Of a DNA stretch of 64,000 nucleotides, positions 9,158 to 23,000 are shown piece by piece; the first letter of the stretch is position 1; each line of letters begins with the position of its first letter. Source of the DNA: Hydrolagus colliei (lineage: Eukaryota). The stretch covers positions 620,001 to 684,000 of the forward strand of contig CM068771.1 of the NCBI GenBank assembly GCA_035084275.1, written 5' to 3'. The notes beneath the pieces were generated by a model that worked only from the letters and a program-made list of their open reading frames with translations, was not told where the DNA came from and made no database searches. The translations under genes and the position numbers were made by a program.

Positions 9158-12100
9158 GTGAGACTTTACAGTAACAGTCATCCATGTGCTATTACAGTCA
9201 GTGGGTTATTAGGCAGTGTGTAACTATAGTGAGTGTAATACTAATAATTCTTGCATTTGATATACTACTTTTCACGTCCTCTAAATGTCGCAAAGCGCTT
9301 CGTAGAGTATGTGGATGGACTGTATATTTGTGGGTGAAATGCGCCAGCCAATTGTGCACAGCAGTGTCCTAACAGTCGTGGATTAAAAAGTGTTTTTTTT
9401 ATTTGAGGGATTATTATTAGGTGTGTGGAGTAAGGAAACTTGCCCAAGGTTTCGCCCTGACCTGCCTGGAATCAAACCCCGGTCTCTTGCTTGTAAGATG
9501 AGAGCTGTAACCAATAAGCTACAGAACTCCACTATTACAGTCAGTGTGAGGGCTACTGTGTTTTTAGTTAGTGTGAGGGCTACTGTGTTTTTAGTTAGTG
9601 TGAGAACTAATGTGTTCTTGGTTAGTGTGAGGGCTAATGTATTATTACAGTTAGTGTGAGAGCTAATGTATTATTACAGTTAGTATGAGGGCTAATGTAT
9701 TATTACAGTCAGTGTGAGAGCTAATGTGTTATTAGTTAGTGTGAGGGCTAATGTGTTTTTAGTTAGTGTGAGAGCTAATGTATTATTACAGTTAGTGTGA
9801 GGGCTGATGTGTTTTTAATTAGTGTGAGGGCTAATGTATTATTACAGTTAGTGTGAGGGCTAATGTGTTTTTAGTTAGTGTGAGGGCTAATGTATTATTA
9901 CAGTTAGTGTGAGGGCTAATGTGTTATTACAGACAGTGTGATGTTACAGGCAGCATGAGGGCCAGTATGTTAGTGTGAGCAGTTTTGTGATTAAATAGTG
10001 TGTAGAATCAGTGTGTATGTATAGTGTGTAGACTGCCCTCCCGGATACTCACCAGCACAAAACTCTGTACACCCTTCACACTCATCAGGATCCACTGGCT
10101 CTGTTACACTAAACTCCCTAACCTCATAACACCAGGTCCCCGCCAACTCTACTGTCCACCTATCACACTTTAAACTCTGTAATCCCATCAACCTAACCCT
10201 CGCCAGCCTCCTGGTTCACTAACACACACACTAAATTCTGTACCCCTTTTACCCCAGCCTTTGCCAGCCTCCACTGCATCAACTTCAAGAACCTCTCACT
10301 CAATTTCAAATTCCTTCATGACCTCGCACATCTCAACTCTGCTTACCCTCCCCCTATCCCCCCACCCACCCCCTCCCCCCACGCCCTTACCCACATCCAC
10401 TCCAACATTTACTGCTCCCTATCAGCCCACTCCGGCCTCCTATTCATCCCTCATCCACTCCACTCCACCATCAGTGGCCGAGCTTTCAGTCACTACACTT
10501 TCAAGTTCTGCAACTCTTTCCCTTAACCCCCACCCCCACCCACCAACCCCTCCGCCTTGCCCCCTCCCCACCTTCAAATCCTGCCTACAGACCTTCCTTT
10601 TTGATCGTGCTTATGCTGGATTTCACCCTCCCTCTCCCGCTGGCTCAGTATCAGACTGTCAAGTTCTCCAAGGCACTACCACCACATGTAGGTCACTGTG
10701 TATAATTACATGTTGTTGGGTGAACAGTGTATTCAGTGTACGCAGTGTGACTAGTCAGTGTCCAGTGTGTGCAGTGTTTATGTACAATGTACAAGGTGTA
10801 CAGTGTAGTTTGTGTACAGTGTATGTGTGCATTTTGTGTGTACAGTGTGTGTTTAGTTTGTTTGTTTACAGTGCGTGTGTCCTGTGCATGAGTAGAGAGC
10901 CCAGCAGCATGAAGAGGGAACTGATTGAGGTGGAACAGAGTGAGAATTCTGTTAGGGAATGAGGTGAGACAGGAGAGATACCAGAGAGCAAGAGAAAACT
11001 ATTTAATTCAGCCGTAGAATAGGAATATTTTTTGAGATAAGGCAACCTCATATGTAATTAGACAAACAAGTCAATTAGCAGTGAATCATAGGCCAAGTGT
11101 TGGAGATTAATACAGAGGCTCTGATGCATAAGGAAGGGAGAGGAGTGTACTTGAGAACATAGCCACCCCAAATAGACAGGAGCAGGAGTGTGAGATTGAT
11201 AGCCAGCAGTAGAAGCAGAGAAGAAGATACTGGAGTTGTCCAACAGGTACTTGCCACATTGGATGAGGGAGAAGTCTGGGGAAGGAGGTCTGAAGGCAAA
11301 AGAAGGCACCATAGAGCATAAGGCAGAGCAAGCGAGAGAACAGAAATGCTGTCATTATAGGGGCTTTAAGGCATGTTGGAAATGGTTGCCAAATAAGAGT
11401 TATGTACACAAAAGCACATAATATTAGAAATAAAACAAGTGAGTTGGAAACACAAATTCAGTTCAGAGGGTAAAGCCACTACAGAGACCTGGTTGCAACC
11501 TAGGTAGGAGTCCCAGGCTGGAGCAGAGGTCAAGTGGGGATAGAAGGCGAGGAGGGAGGAGAGAGAGGAGAGCAGAGCAGGAGTGTTGCAGGGATGGGGG
11601 CATTTTGAGTGAAGGCCAGTTGGGGTCTGCGGCGGCAGCCAAAATGTGCTGAGATGTGAGACAGTGCATTAACGGGACATGGTCAGCCTGTAGGAAGCTG
11701 TGGGGGCTGGGGATGGTGGGTGGGGTGGGGGGAGGAGGAGGAGGAGAATGGGTAGGACACTCATTGTGGTTAGCAATCAGCAACCTGTAGGGAAAAGGGA
11801 AGGGGACGGAGACATGCAGGGGAGGGGAGGGAGACACAGTAGTGTGAGCTGTACTGTACCTGTTCCCAAGGATTCTAACTTGGCTTGTGGAAAAATAGGA
11901 GGAGTAAATATTGATAAAATACACTATTACAGCACTGGAAAGGAAAGATTCCAGTAAGGGCAATCAGGTAGTAGAAACAGGTAGCAGAATTAAGAAACAG
12001 AATCATTTTTACAGTATAACATGAGGACCAAATACCAGACATACAGGCTGGTAAAAGAGCATGTCTCTTTGACTTACAAATAAGTCAAAGATAAATGCTT

Positions 12101-13986
12101 AATAAAATAAATATAAATTAAAAATGGTAACGGAGAAAATAATGAGACTCAAAATAGACAAATCTCCAGGACCTGATGGTTTCCACTCCAGGGTGTTAAA
12201 GGAAATAGGAGAGGAAATTGCAGATGCATTCGTCATAATTTTACAAAGCTCGCTAGACTTGGAAATGTGCCCTTAGATTGGAATATTGCAAAGATCACCC
12301 CTTTATTTAAGATGGGAAGGAGGGAGAAACCAGGAAAGCTTGATGTCAGTTGTAGGGATAATACTGAAATCCATCATCAGGGACAGAGTGACTGAACACT
12401 TGGGAGAGACATGAACTAGTCAACAAGAGTCTGTGTGGGTTTGTGAAGTACGTTGTATTTAACTAAATTAGTTGAATGTTTTGAGGATGTCACTAAAATG
12501 GTGGATAAGTGAATGACTGTGGATGTCATTTATTTGGACTTTCAGAAGGCATTTGACAATATTCCACGCAAATGATTATTAGCAGAATTGGAAACTCATG
12601 GAATCAGAGATGTGATGTGGTTTGGTAATTGGTTGGGAGGCAGGAAACAGAGAGTAGGGATAAAGGGAACATTCTCTGATTGGTGGGATGTGATAAGTGG
12701 TGTCCCCCAGGGGTCTATCCTGGGACCTCAGCTATTCACCATAGATATCTAGATGACTTGGATGAAAGAATAGAAATTTTTGCATCCAAGTTTGCAGACA
12801 ACACTAAGGTTGGACAATCAGTAAATAGTGTAGATGCGAGTAGGAAGTTACAAAGGGACTTAGACAGATTAAGTCAGTGAACAAAGATGCAGCAGATGGA
12901 GTTCAATGTAGGGAAGTGTGAGCTCGTCCACTATGGGCCAAAAATGGTAAGGCAGAATATATTCTTAACGGGCAGAAATTAAGAACTGTGGAGGAGCAAA
13001 GGGATTTGAGTCTGTTTCCACAAATCACTAGAAACTCATTCGCAGGAGCAAAACATAATTAAAAAGGCAAATGGAATGTTGGCCTTTATCTCGAGGGACC
13101 TGGAATACACAGAGGAAGAAATAATGCTCTAATAATAATAATCCTTGCATTTGATGTAACGCTTTTCACATCTTATCATCATCTCAATATATAGAACATT
13201 AGCATAGAGCGTTAGTCAGACAACACCTGGAGACTGCGTTCAGTTTTGGGCACCACATCTCAGGAAAGGTATATTGGCCGTGGAGGGGGTGTAGTGCAAG
13301 TTCACCAGAATGTTACCATCCCTAAAAGGGCGTCCTCCTGACGTGAAAGGCACGATGTAAATGTATAGAAATGTAATTTTGATTTTTTTAAAATTAAGTT
13401 TAGTCTTGTAGCTCAGTGGTTAGAGCACTTGCCTTACAAACGAGAGAGTTTGATAGAGGGTCTGGGTTCAATTCCAGACAGGGTGAAACCTTAGACAAGT
13501 TTCCTTACACCACACACCTGATAATTATCCCTCAAAAATAAATAAATTAGTCATTTCAATCCACGACTGTTTGTGGGGACACTGCTGTGCACAATTGGCT
13601 GCCACATTTTGCCCACATAAATAGTCAATTCACTTTACAGTATATTCTGTGAAGCGCTTGGGGATGTCTAGGAGATGTGAAAAGCTCTATATCAAATGCA
13701 AGGATTAATCTATATTCTATATGAAGGTGATCACAGCCAGAGTCAGGTTGACTCTCACACACCACCTTGAGGAGAGCCCAGACACGGCCTGGCTCAGCAC
13801 CTCTGGGTGCCATCGATGGGCAGAGAGATTTCCAAGGAAGTCCTGGATATGTTGCCATCTTTATCACGGAACCTAGTATCTGATTCCCGCTTCTCCAGAG
13901 GCTCAGGGCCCAGCGCTACTGGCCACATATGGTGTCTCCCTCTCTCTCTCTGCATAGTAATGGTGTCTCTCTGTCTGTATAGAAAT

Positions 13987-14021
<35 letters not shown>

Positions 14022-17000
14022 CTCTGTATAAAAATGGTCTCTATCTGTCCAACAATGGTATCTCTCTGTCTGTTTAACAATGTTCTCTCTCTCTCTCTCT
14101 CTCTCTACAGCAATGGTGTACATCTCTCTGTGTATAACAATTGTGTGTGTCTCTATAACAATTATGTGTGTGTGTCTCTCTCTAACAATTGTGTGTGTGT
14201 CTCTCTGTGTATAACAATTGTGTGTGTCTCTCTCTGTGTATAACAATTGTGTGTGTCTCTCTCTAACAATTGTGTGTGTGGCTCTCTGTGTATAACAATT
14301 GTGTTTGCGTTTCAGTGTATAACAATTGTGCATGCCTCTCTCTCTAACAATTGTGTGTGTATCTCTCTATAACAATTGTGTGTGTATCTCTCTCTATAAC
14401 AATTGTGTGTGTCGCTCTCTCTCTCTACAACAATTGTGTATGTGTCTCTCTCTATAACAATTGTGTGTGTGTGTCTCTGTCTCTAACAATTGTGTGTGTG
14501 TCTCTCTCTAACAATTGTGTGTGTGTCTCTCTCTCTATAACAATTGTATGTGTCTCTCTATAACAATTGTGTGTGTCTCTGTCTAACAATTGTGTCTCTC
14601 TAACAATTGTGTCTCTCTCTCTAACAATTGTGTGTGTCTCTCTATAAGAATTGTGCGTGTGTATCTATAACAATTGTGTGTGTGTCTCTCTCTCTGTATA
14701 ACAATTGTGTGTATCTCTCTATACAATTGTGTGTGTGTCTCTAAAACAATTGTGTGTGTGTCTCTATAACAATTGTGTCTCTCTATATAATAATTGTGTG
14801 TCTCTCTCTCTATAACAATTGTGTATGTGTCTCTATAACAATTGTGTCTCTCTCTATATAATAATTGTGTGTGTCTCTCTATAACAATTGTGTGTGTGTC
14901 TGTCTCTCTCTCTAAAACAATTGTATGTGTGTCTCTATAACAATTGTGTGTGTATCTCTCTCTATAACAATTGTGTCTCTCTGTATAATAATTGTGTGTC
15001 TCTCTCTCTATAACAATTGTGTGTGTGTCTCTCTCTCTCTCTGTGTGCAGCAATGGTGTGTGTCACTGTCTGTCCCTGTATAATAATACCATCTGACTCT
15101 CTCCTTCAGCTCCCCCCCCGGCCCCCCCTCTCCCACCGTGTGGCCCCCCTGGCTGTGTCTGGTCAGCCCCTCACCAGGTGGTAACAGGGAAGCCCATGGC
15201 CAGTTCAGGCTGTTTCTTCATTGTCTGTCCAACACACACCAGCCTGGGGATTGCACAGTCATTCGTGGTGTACAGCGTGCGGGAGTACAGTACAGTGTGT
15301 GTGAGATGCGTGTGTCTAACCTGTAGTTTGTGTTTGTGTCAGATTTACACGATAGTTCGTTGGTGACCCTGTGTCAGGACCAGGACCAGGCACCTGTCCA
15401 GCAGTTTGATGTTGAGGCTGACTGGGATGAGCTGCTTTACATGGATTTTGCCCTGGGGAAGGAGGTCGGCCGCCTGCCTGAATTCAGCCACACAATGCAG
15501 GGCGGAGTGGAGGGGGTGTTACAGAATATTCAAACCTGTAAAAACAACTTGAAAGTGCGGAAACAGCTTTCACACGGAGACACCCCGGAGCCAAACAGTG
15601 AGTCAGCAAATACACTGGGGGGGGGGGGGGGGGGGGGGGGGAGTGTTTATACAGCACTCTGGTGTGTGTGTTTATGCTGCACTCTGGTGTGTGTGTGTGT
15701 GTTTATACAGCACGCGTGTGTGTGTGTGTGTGTGTATGCAGCACTCTGGTGTGTGTGCGTGTGTGTTTATACAGCACTCTGGTGTGTGTGCGTGTGTGTG
15801 TTTAAACAGCACTCTGGTGTGTGTGTGTGTGTTTATACAGCACTCTTGTGTGTCTGTGTTTATACAGCACTCTGGTGTGTGTGTGTGTGTGTTTATACAG
15901 CACTCTGGTGTGTGTGTTTATACTGCACTCTGGTGTGTCTGTGTTTATACAGCACTCTGGTGTGTGTGTGTGTGTGTTTATACAGCACTCTGGTGTGTGT
16001 GTTTATACTGCACTCTGGTGTGTCTGTGTTTATACAGCACTCTGGTGTGTGTGTGTGTTTATACAGCACTCTTGTGTGTGTGTGTGTGTGTGTTTATACA
16101 GCACTCTGGTGTGTGTGTGTGTGTTTATACAGCACTCTGGTGTGTGTGTGTGTGTGTTTATACAGCACTCTGGTGTGTGTGTGTTTATACTGCACTCTGG
16201 TGTGTGTGTGTGTGTGTTTATACTCTGGTGTGTGTGTGTTTATACAGCACTCTGGTGTGTGTGTGTGTGTGTGTGTTTATACAGCACTCTGGTGTGTGTG
16301 TGTGTGTTTATACAGCACTCTGGTGTGTGTGTGAGTTTATACAGCACTCTGGTGTGTGGGTGTGTGTGTGTTTATACAGCACTCTGGTGTGTGTGTGTGT
16401 ATATACTGCACTCTGGTGTGTGTGTGTGAGTTTATACAGCACTCTGGTGTGTGTGTGTGTGTGTTTATACAGCACTCTGGTGTGTGTCTGTGTGTGTGTT
16501 TATACAGCACTCTGGTGTGTGTGTGTGTGTTTATACAGCACTCTGGTGTGTGTGTGTGTTAATGCAGCACTCTGGTGTGTAAAGATTGAGTTAAATGTGT
16601 AACCCTGTTGCGATGTGAGGATTGACACAAATGTTTTACAGAAAATATACGTGTTTATTAGTTCAACATTATTATTAGTTATAAGCAATTAAATACATCA
16701 CAATATTGCTTACATTTTGATGCATTCTTCACAATGGTTTAAGTTGTCCAAACCAAGTGCTGCAGTAGAGATAGAGCAGCAATGTCCAATTTAATGCCCA
16801 TTACAAATATATACATCCATCAAAATGTATCCAAGTATTGTTGGACGGTTATCAGTTTGATATCCCAAACTATCCAGGTATTGTATGTTCCGTCATCACA
16901 CTGCATCCAGGTATCACAGCAGGTCCACAGTCTATTATGGCAAGTCCAATTGAATCCCTCGTCTGCAAATCTTTCTTCAGAATCTCTTCTGAACTGATCT

Positions 17001-20000
17001 CCATTTATCCAGTTCATTAGGTGATCTTTCACCGAGTTTCTTTTGCAAGATGGTTAATGTGGAAAAGCAAACGCAACACAGCTCCCTCTCCAGCTCTAGA
17101 CCATTTCTCCATCAGAAAATCACTGATAGGGACTGAAAACACTTGTTGTTTATCAACAGTCTTCTGCGAAGCTACTCACAGCCAGCTCCCGTCATATGTG
17201 ATTAATACATGTCTCTAATATGTGTGTATATATACTGTATAACTAATATAACTTGAGATATTATTTAACACATTAATTCAGCATCTTACATGTGTAGAGT
17301 TATACAGCACACTGACATGTGTGTATGTATGCAGTTATATAGCACACTGATGGGTATGTGTATGTGTGGTTATGCAGTACAATGGTGTGTGTGTGGTTAT
17401 ATGGCAATCTGCAGTGTATATGTGTGGTTATACACACATTGCATTGCATGTGTGTCCATGTGAGTCACTATACAGCACGCTGGAGTGTGTGTGGTTATAC
17501 AGTGCCCTGGTGTGTGATTATACAAAACACCGCTGTGTATGGATGTGGTTATACAGCATACAGATCTGCACATGATGTGTGTGTGTTCTAGTAGCGCGCG
17601 TGCACACACTCACACAAAGCACACTCACAGAGCCCACAGACAGGCACACAGATTATACATTACTCACATCTCCCAAACCTCCCTTTCTCTGCTACTCCAT
17701 TGTGTTTCCCCTCTTTTGAGCACTTTGCTCTCTAGCATCCCTCCTCTCTCTTCAAAATCTACTGTGGAGTCATGTAGCTCAGTAGATAGGCTTGCAAGCA
17801 AGAGACCTGGGTTCGATTCCAGGGTGAATCCTTCGGCATGTTTCCTTACTTCACATTCCTGATAATAATTCCTCAAATAAATAATAAATTGGTCATTTCA
17901 ACCCATAAATGTTTGAAGCGCTCTGAGACGCCGTCTGACGTAGATGGCACTATATAAATCAAAGTTGTTGTTGTTGTGTGACACTGCAGTGTGCAATTGG
18001 CTGCCGCGTTTCACCCACTTATACACAGTCAATACACTTTACCGTATATTCTGTGAATAATAATAATCATGATAATCTTTGCATTTGATACAGTGTTTTC
18101 TCTGGATGTTAAAAGGGGTTTATCAAATGCAAAGATTATCAGGATTATTATTGCTAAAGCACCTGTCTCCTTCCTCCCAGACTTGTCCTCTCTCATCTCA
18201 TCCCTGTTCCTCTGCACCAAGCACATGCTTATCATAGAATCATGGAATCTTATGGCACAAAAGGAGGCCATTCGGACCATCTAGTCTGTGCCGGCTCTTT
18301 GAAAGGAGCAATTCAATCCCGCTCCCCAGCTCTCTCCATAAACTTGCAAAACCGTCCTCTCCAACTAATCATCTAACTCTCTTTTAAAAGTTGTTATCAA
18401 ACAACTTATAATAGGAGATTTTAATCTTCATCTGAATTCCCCCGGCTCCATCTCCTCTGACTTTGCTGCCCTTTTCTCCACCTTAAACCTCACCCTCCAC
18501 ATGAACTCTGACCCACAACCATGGCCAACCCCTCGATCTAGTCATCACTCAAGGCCAAGTGATCACTGACCTGTTTATCACAGACTGGCAATTCTCAGAC
18601 CACTTCCTCTCACATCGCCCTCCCTTCCTCCAAACTCTCCACAAACCAAAATTCCCATTCCCACAACCCACCACTTCCTTTACCCTCTCTCAAATACCAT
18701 CAATTCTCATTTCAGACACCAAGTGAGATGAGGTCCTCAACTCCTTTATCTCTGAGATGGACATTTTCCTCCAGCTGCCTCCTCCTCCTACAACTATGTC
18801 ACCTTCCCGCCATGCCATGAATCCTTCCCCACGGTTCTCACCTGTGACCACGTCTCCTACCACAACACACACCTACAATATACTTTGACCCAACTCTCCC
18901 AACTCCCTTTGCCCCACTATCTCCCAGTTGAAACCCACAACCTGCTGCCTCAACCTCTCCCCACCCAGCCGATTGTTGTTCAACTTCCCTTCCCCTGCCC
19001 ATTGCGGACACACACTGTAAATCAGTTTCTCCTCAGGCTCCCCCTCTCAAAACAGCTGTTTGTGTGTGTGTGAGTGAGTGTGAGCTGAATGGGGGATAGA
19101 GAGGCTCTCTGTCTCTTCTCAGTACTGTATGGTACTGTATGTGTTAGACACTTTGGGTGTAGACTAACACTCTCTCTCTCCACAGTCCCACCAGAGATCT
19201 CTGTCTACCCCGAGGAGCCTGTTGAGTGGGGTGTGATGAACACCCTGATCTGCCACGCTGCTGGATTCTACCCTCCGGCGCTGAAGATGAATTGGTTGAA
19301 GAACAACGAGCCAGTGAAGGAGGGTGTGAACATCACTGAGTATTACATGGAGAAGGATTACTCTTTCCAGAGGTTCACCTACCTGAGCTTCGTGCCCCGT
19401 CCTGGGGATGAGTTTACCTGCAAGGTGGAGCATCGCAGTCTGAGGGAGCCTGCAGTCCACTTCTGGGGTCAGTAACGTGTGGGGAGGGGGGGGAATGGGG
19501 GGGCAGTGTGGGGCACAGCAGCCTGAAGGAGCCCGCAGTCTACTTCTGGTGTCAGTGAGGTGGGGAGAGGGAGGATGGGGAGTGTGTGGGGCAGTGAGGG
19601 GTTAGTGTGGAGAATAGCAGCCTGGGGGAATCTGCAGTCCAATTCTGGGGTCAGTGAGGAACGGAGGGGGCAGTGAGGGAGGGGACAGTGTGGAGGGAGA
19701 GTGGGGGAGAGGGCAGTGAGGGAGGGGGCAGTGAGGAAGGAGAGTGGAGGAGGGGGCACTGAGGGAGGGGGCAGTGGGGGAGAGGGCAGTGAGGGGGGAG
19801 AGTGGGGGAGTGGGCAGTGAGGGAGGGGGCAGTGAGGAGGGAGAGTGGGGGAGGGGGCAGTGAGGGAGGGGTAGTGAGGGAGGGGGCAGAGATGAGGGTG
19901 AGTGGGGAGGGGGCAGTGAGGAGTTTGGCAGTGAGGAAGGGAAGTGGGGGAGGGGGCAGTGAGGAGGGGAAGTGGGGGAGGGGGCAGTGAGGGAAGGGGC

Positions 20001-23000
20001 AGTGAAGGAGGGGCAGTGAGGATGTATCATGGGGAGGGGTCGTGGGGAGTGGGTGTCTCAGGGTGTGTGTGAGGGGAATGTCTCAGTGTATGTGTGGGGG
20101 AGTGTCTCAGTGTGTATGTGGTGTGGGTGGGGTGTTTCTCACTGTGTGTTTGTGTGTTCGGTAGAGATGTCTCAGTATGCATGTGGGGGGGTCTACATTT
20201 CCACTTCCACCCTAAACTCCAGGACTGCCAGCGTCCTAACTGCCTGGCTGTTTGACATTGAGTGCTGCATGAGAGACAACTTTCTTCAGTTGAATGTCCC
20301 CAAGATTAAGGCCCTGCAGATTGGCTTGTGTCAGCGCCTCGGCACCTCAGGCACTGACACCATCAGCCCTAAGGCTGCCCTCTCCACCTCTCTAAGCCAA
20401 TCAGGAACCTGGGTGTCTTCTTTGACCCTGAACTGTCCTTCCTCCTCCACATCCGCACCATGAACAGTACCACCTTCCACCACCTCCATCACATCGCCAG
20501 ACTCCACCACTGCCTCAGCCCTCAGGCTGCTCAAACCCTAGCCTATGCATTCATCACATCAAGGCTCGAATATGGAAACTCCCTCCTCGTCGGCGTTCCT
20601 GGCTGTTCCCTTCACAAGCTGCAGATCATCTAGAACTCTGCACCTCGTGTCCTCACCCTCACCAAGCTTCGCGACCACATCACTCCCCCCCCTCGCCCGG
20701 CTCCATTGGCTCCCCATCCCCCAGAGGATCGAATTTGAGATCCTCATCCTCACTTTCAAGGTCATTCACGGCCTTGCTCCCCCCATATCTCTCTGATCTG
20801 CTGTTCTCCTATGAACCTTTATGCACAATTGGCTGCCGGGTTTCACCCACAAATATACAATCAATTTACTTTACAGTATATTCTGTGAAGCACTTTAAGA
20901 TGTTGATACGATGTGCAAAGCGCTATATCCAATGCAACGATTATTATCATTATAACCTCCCCGCCCCCTCCACTCAGTGGGCTCCAGCCTGCTCCATGTC
21001 CCCCGCCCTACCATCGGCAGATGGGCTTTCCGCCTCTTTCCGCTTTCCGCCTCTCTGCCCCCACATTCTGGAACTCCATCCCACAGTGTCTCACTCCCTC
21101 CCTTGCCTCCTTCGACCGCATCAAATTTTACCGATCCGCCCTAGCCACCGCCAAATCAGCCTTCTACTCCAGGATAATCCTGGAAGCGGAGGACAACCAC
21201 CGCCTCCTCTTCGCCACCACCAACCAGCTCCTCCGACCCCCCCCACCCCCCCCCCCCCACCTCAACTCCCAGATCCTCTCCTCAAACGCTCGTTGTGAGG
21301 AGATGCTGGACTTCCTCGAGTCCAAAATGGAGAAAATCCGCTCTGCGGTTTCCTCCCCCCACGACTCCTCCACCTCCGCGCCCTCATCAGCTACCTCAAC
21401 CCCTACTCACCCCCCATTTCACACTTTCAACCCCACCACCCCGCTTTCAGTCACAAAAACAATTACCTCCATGAAACCCACCACGTGTTCATTGGACCCC
21501 ATCCCCACCCCCCTCCTCCGCACCCAGCTCCATTTGTTAGCCCCGCTCATTTCTGACACCGTTAACCTTTCCCTCTCCTCAGGCACCATCCCTACCTCCC
21601 TTAAAACAACCACCATCACCCCTATCCTGAAGAAACCCTCCCTTGATGCGTCGCAACCATCAAGTTATCGACCTATCTCCAACCTCCCGTTTCTTTCCAA
21701 GGTCCTTGAAAGAGTGGTTGCCTCCCAGCTCCGCTCTTTCCGTTTAACTCACTCACTTCTTGAACCCCTCCAATCAGGTTTCCACCCTTTCCATGGCACA
21801 GAAACTGCCCTGGTTAAGGTCACAAATGACATGCTAACCGCCTGTGACCAGGGCTCCCTCTGCCTCCTCATCCTCCTTGACCTGTCTGCTGCGTTCGACA
21901 CAGTCGATCACACCATCCTCCTTCAACGTCTTTCCTCCCACCTCAACCTTCAAGGCACAGTCCTTGACTGGTTCCATTCTTATTTGACCCACCGTTTACA
22001 TTTCGTTTCTTCCAATGGTTTTTCTTCAAACCCCAGCACACTTTCTCACGGCGTTCCTCAGGGCTCTCTCCTCGGTCCCCTCCTTTTCACTCTTTACACG
22101 CTCCGTCTGCGCGACGTCATCCGCAAACATGGGGTAAATTTCCACGTGAATGCGGACGACACCCAGTTGTACCTTTCTGCCTCATCCCTCAACCCCCAGA
22201 CGATCGATGTTCTGACAGCATGTCTGTCCGACATCGAGTCCTGGACGAGGGACAACTTTTTGCAATTGAACGTGAGTAAGACCGAGGCCCTCCTGATTGG
22301 CTCAAGCCAGCGCCTCTGCACATCGGGCGCTGCCAGCCTCAATATCCAAGGCTGCACTCTCCACCTCACAAAGCCAATCAGGAACCTCGGCATCATGTTC
22401 GATCAAAAACTTTCCTTCCTCCCCCACATCCGCGCCTTGACCGGCACCGCTTATTTCCACCTGCGCAACATTGCCAGGTTCCGCAACTATCTTACCCCCC
22501 GCGCTGCCGAAACACTGGTGCACGCATACATCACCTCATGGCTGGACTACGGAAACTCTCTCCTCGTCGGCCTCCCCAGTTCCTCCATTCACAGGGTGCA
22601 GGCCATCCAAAACTCTGCAGCCCGTGTAATATCCCGCACCCGCCTCCGCGACCACATAACCCCCACCCTCGCCCGTCTCCACTGGCTCCCCATCCTCCAG
22701 AAGATCGAGTTCAAAATCCTCGTCCACACCTACAAGGCCTTACACTGCCTTGCCCCACCCTATTTAACCGATCTACTCTCCCCCTACTCGGACCCTCCAT
22801 TCAACAGGACATGGCCTGCTCCAAGCCCCCCGCCCAAACTGCCCCACCATCGGAGGCCGGGCCTTCAGTTTCTCCACTCCCACCCTATGGAATGCCATCC
22901 CTCAATCCCTCCGTTTCGTCTCTTCCCTTTCCTCTTTCAAGGCCGGTTTGAAGACTTTCCTCTTCGATCGTGCCTTTTCTTCCACCCCAAACTCTTTTAC

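Noticed and set aside
9535-16580. CRISPR-like repeat arrays
   Set aside because: Eukaryotic minisatellites without unique spacers; no cas genes.
15598-16602. 334-aa Cys/Val-rich ORFs, including the apparent extension of alpha exon 2
   Set aside because: Read-through into the intron 2 minisatellite past a consensus gtgagt donor.
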